From positions 1-55,380 of IMG/VR virus record IMGVR_UViG_3300037339_000563: a DNA stretch of 55,380 nt, one strand, 5' to 3'. The stretch is from a virus. Lineage: Duplodnaviria; Caudoviricetes. Shown here piece by piece: positions 52,495 to 55,380 of this stretch (its first letter is position 1; the number at the start of each line of letters is the position of its first letter). Made by a program: the position numbers and the translations under genes. The notes below the pieces were generated by a model. The model worked only from the letters and a program-made list of their open reading frames with translations. It did no database searches and was not told the origin of the DNA.

Positions 52495-52677
52495 ATGAAA
52501 AAAGATGTGCAGCTCCACAAGTCGACCGAGGACCAGCCTTGCCATTGGTGCAAGGCTGGTTTCATTTTTGTCGCCGACCAGGCGCTCGGAACTGGCAAGA
52601 CCATTCTCTGTGAGCCGCACACGAATCAGTTCATGACCACGTTCCATGAGCCAGATCAGCAAGTTGCGTCAGATTAG
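52495..52677 (+). CDS. small hypothetical protein
   Basis: CHWC...LCEPH. Confidence 0.5.
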   Translation: MKKDVQLHKSTEDQPCHWCKAGFIFVADQALGTGKTILCEPHTNQFMTTFHEPDQQVASD

Positions 52678-52699
52678 CCGATCGTTGTAGACTCCGGCC

Positions 52700-53461
52700 G
52701 TGAGCCTACTGACCTCGTCTGGTTTTGCGCCGCGCATGTATGCGCCGTCGTTAGACGATCCTCCTGCTGTTCCGCACGCCTATGACGACGAGTTCGATAG
52801 TGTATCCCTCGACCCGAAATGGACCCGAGCAGGCGGCACGTTCGATGACATCACCCCGATCGATCCGTACGCCTCGTTCGCGTCTGGCCATCGAACATCC
52901 CACAATGGCTACCGACCTTCTTGGTGGATGGTCCAAGGGTCTACGGCTCAGACCGTTCTACTCTACCAGTCGGTGGTGCTCCCAACGGACTGTTTCATGT
53001 GGGCGAGGTGCTCGTTTAATTTTCGCTATAGCGCCGTAACCAATAATGACACCGATGTCGAGCTTGGCTTATGGGAGGACGTGGCCGGATCCCCTAGCGC
53101 AAATAACCGCGTCTACATGCACCTCAACGAGACGGACGCGAACACAATCCAGGCCCAGGGCGGCAGAGTAACCGCTAGCGTCGATGCAAGCACGCTAACG
53201 CGCAATCTCGGCCCACAGGCCCCCGGAACTGATTCGTTGTGTCAAACCGCGTGCTACATCGGAATTCAAAAGATCGGAACCACGTACCACACGATGCTTG
53301 CGCAGCCGAACGGTAACTGGACGATCTTGGCATCTCAGGTTCACGCAGGAACGTTGACCTACCTGATGATAAACCTGACCAACGTGAGTTCGGCGGCGCC
53401 CGGCAATATGATCATGGGCTGCGACTTTGTCCGATTTCTTGTTGGAAGGGCACTGCCGTGA
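52700..53461 (+). CDS. ConA/lectin-like beta-sandwich virion protein 1
   Basis: DDEFD..LDPKW, GIQKIGTTYH, GNW, DFVRF. Confidence 0.7.
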   Translation: MSLLTSSGFAPRMYAPSLDDPPAVPHAYDDEFDSVSLDPKWTRAGGTFDDITPIDPYASFASGHRTSHNGYRPSWWMVQGSTAQTVLLYQSVVLPTDCFMWARCSFNFRYSAVTNNDTDVELGLWEDVAGSPSANNRVYMHLNETDANTIQAQGGRVTASVDASTLTRNLGPQAPGTDSLCQTACYIGIQKIGTTYHTMLAQPNGNWTILASQVHAGTLTYLMINLTNVSSAAPGNMIMGCDFVRFLVGRALP

Positions 53462-54198
53462 GCTTCCGCATCAAACATAGCCCGAGATTTCAGCGCGAAG
53501 ATCCAATCGATCCGCCGCTCACCCGGCATGCTTACGACGACGAGTTCGAGTTAGGTTCCCTAGATCCGGCATGGACGCGAGCAGGAACATTCGACGACAT
53601 AAGTGCTCTCGATCCTGCGGCGAGCTTCGCTTCGGGAGGTTGTCGGACTTCGTTTTCCAAGTCCTCCTGGCTGCGCTTTCAGCCGGCTGCGGACCAGCCC
53701 AATTCGGCGATCCAAATCTCCAAGCCGATCACCTTCCCCACCGACTGCTTCGTGTGGGTTCGCGCGAGCTTCTCGTTCCGGAACTCCGCGCAGACCAACG
53801 ATGACGCGAGCGTGGCCTTCGGCATTTTCGATACGCTCTCCTTGCTGAACGGCGTGTACATGTACATGAACGAGAGCAACGCCAACACAGTAAAACTTGA
53901 AGCGTGGAAGCTCACTGCGGGCGTGGGTGCGGCCCAGGGCGCAACCGACAATGTTGGCGGAGCAGGTCTCTCCAAAGGGCAGGTCATCCACTCGGTGGGG
54001 ATCCAGAAGCTCGGGACGACCTATCATTACTGGGCGTTGAACGCATCCGGCAACTGGCTGTGGATTGCCACGACGACGCATGTCACCACGATGGGAACGA
54101 TCGTCCTGTTCTGCGGCAACGCTTCGTCGGCTTCACCCGGGAACGCAGTCATCGGCTACGATTTCTTTCGTTTCAAGACGGGGATGTACCTGCCATGA
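53458..54198 (+). CDS. ConA/lectin-like beta-sandwich virion protein 2
   Basis: paralog of upstream gene. Confidence 0.7.
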   Translation: MSFRIKHSPRFQREDPIDPPLTRHAYDDEFELGSLDPAWTRAGTFDDISALDPAASFASGGCRTSFSKSSWLRFQPAADQPNSAIQISKPITFPTDCFVWVRASFSFRNSAQTNDDASVAFGIFDTLSLLNGVYMYMNESNANTVKLEAWKLTAGVGAAQGATDNVGGAGLSKGQVIHSVGIQKLGTTYHYWALNASGNWLWIATTTHVTTMGTIVLFCGNASSASPGNAVIGYDFFRFKTGMYLP

Positions 54199-54923
54199 GC
54201 GCTCCCTGGCTAATCAATAAGCCTGCTTCCCCCAGCATCTGGGATGACGAATTCGAGACCAATGAGCTGGACTCCAGGTGGACGAAGTTAATCCCGGGCG
54301 TGCATGACTTCACGTCCGTGTCGACCTTTGATCCGTACGCCGCCTTTACCACCGGAAACCATCGGTACAGCATCAACGCGCACCGTAAGTCCTGGTTGAT
54401 GATCCAGCCGGTCGCCAGCTATGGCGTTGGCCCCAACGGCATCAATCAGGGCTGGAAGATGGACATCTCTGGATTGCCAACGAACGCCTTCATCTACGCT
54501 CGGGTGTCAACAAGTGAGCGTCGCGCATCAATAGCTGACGGCGATGGTGAAGTATGGCTCTTCCCTAGAGACTCGCTTGGTACATCGTTTATCCTGTGCG
54601 GGATGGATACCTTTGGCAGCATCCGTGAGGGATTGTTCGCAAGGGCGGCGCCATCTGTTGCTTACGCGAATCTCGGCCTCATCCGAAACTACTTCGGCGA
54701 AGGGTTTCCTCTCGAATATATCGGGCTACAGAAGCGCGGGCTCACCTGGGACGGATGGGTGGCTCCAGCGTCTGGTAATTGGGTATGGATGGGGACCTAC
54801 ACTCATTTGGTTGCGCTGACCGAACTGTGGCTCTGCTTCAACAACCAGACCTCCGCCGCTCCAGGCAACATGATTCTTGGAGCTGATTACGTTCGTGTGA
54901 TTTCTGGGAAGGGACCGCCATGA
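54195..54923 (+). CDS. ConA/lectin-like beta-sandwich virion protein 3
   Basis: paralog; ATGA overlap start MSAPW. Confidence 0.7.
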   Translation: MSAPWLINKPASPSIWDDEFETNELDSRWTKLIPGVHDFTSVSTFDPYAAFTTGNHRYSINAHRKSWLMIQPVASYGVGPNGINQGWKMDISGLPTNAFIYARVSTSERRASIADGDGEVWLFPRDSLGTSFILCGMDTFGSIREGLFARAAPSVAYANLGLIRNYFGEGFPLEYIGLQKRGLTWDGWVAPASGNWVWMGTYTHLVALTELWLCFNNQTSAAPGNMILGADYVRVISGKGPP

Positions 54924-55380
54924 CCATCGCGCTTCTAGCTACCAATGCCCTTGGCGCCCCATTGGCCGGTCTAACGCCGACGTGGACCACATACGTAAAC
55001 GCTGTGACTGGAGTGCCTCAAACGGCTCCGATAATCTCGGCCGTTGGACTGGGCCACTACAAGTTCGATCCAACCGGAACAAACCCGTGCGGCATTATTG
55101 ATTTTGGCGGCCTCGCTGCCCCTCGCTACGCGATGTACGCGACGAACCCTATGTCCGTGGTCGTGTTCGCTGCCTACGATTCATTCGGGGCTCCGCTTCC
55201 AGGGCTCGTGCCTGCGTGGCACAGCCTGAAGAAAGTTTCCGACAACTCAAATTATGCACAGCCTGGAATCTCCACGTTGGGCAACGGCCTCTACAAAACG
55301 ACCTATATCCAAGAACATGTCACCGGGGCGGTTGATCTTACCGCTGTCGCGTACCCCCGGTATATTCACTATGACACCGA
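54920..55380 (+). CDS. virion structural protein, partial
   Basis: open to right edge; internal duplication GAPLAGLTPTW...GLGHYK / GAPLPGLVPAW...GNGLYK. Confidence 0.65.
   Translation, partial: MTIALLATNALGAPLAGLTPTWTTYVNAVTGVPQTAPIISAVGLGHYKFDPTGTNPCGIIDFGGLAAPRYAMYATNPMSVVVFAAYDSFGAPLPGLVPAWHSLKKVSDNSNYAQPGISTLGNGLYKTTYIQEHVTGAVDLTAVAYPRYIHYDT

Noticed and set aside
890-55380. Stop-codon recoding (alternative genetic code)
   Set aside because: Long ORFs are intact in code 11, TAG and TGA end normal genes, and no CTA/TCA suppressor tRNA was found; the one internal TAG fits a frameshift cassette.

Overview
55 kb fragment of a large (probably jumbo) tailed-phage genome read in the standard genetic code; a MXAN_4361-like gene and a delta-type IHF pair point to a Myxococcota/deltaproteobacterial host. 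The left arm (1-34.6 kb, minus strand) carries a terminase, three tandem small-protein/PI3K-PI4K-HipA-like kinase modules (one catalytically intact, two pseudokinases), ParB-like, SSB, RuvC, Cas4-like, RecA, a degenerate SF2 helicase, primase, DnaB, DnaC-like loader, an initiator with internal iterons, a dual-specificity phosphatase, RlpA-like, GHKL ATPase and IHF alpha/beta genes. The right arm (34.8-52.5 kb, plus strand) is a translation-rescue island of about 44 tRNA genes covering all 20 amino acids. It is headed by an apparent ribosome-dependent attenuator (56-codon leader using all 20 amino acids, with mutually exclusive antiterminator/terminator). It also contains Y-RNA-like repeats, tRNA/Y-RNA chimeras, a tRNA scaffold displaying several GAU-loop hairpins, anticodon-less tRNA mimics, a PTH2-like hydrolase, an HNH nuclease and a release factor with a prfB-type +1 frameshift at UAG. 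The window ends in tandem lectin-like virion genes. All calls are by eye; no database search or RNA folding was run.
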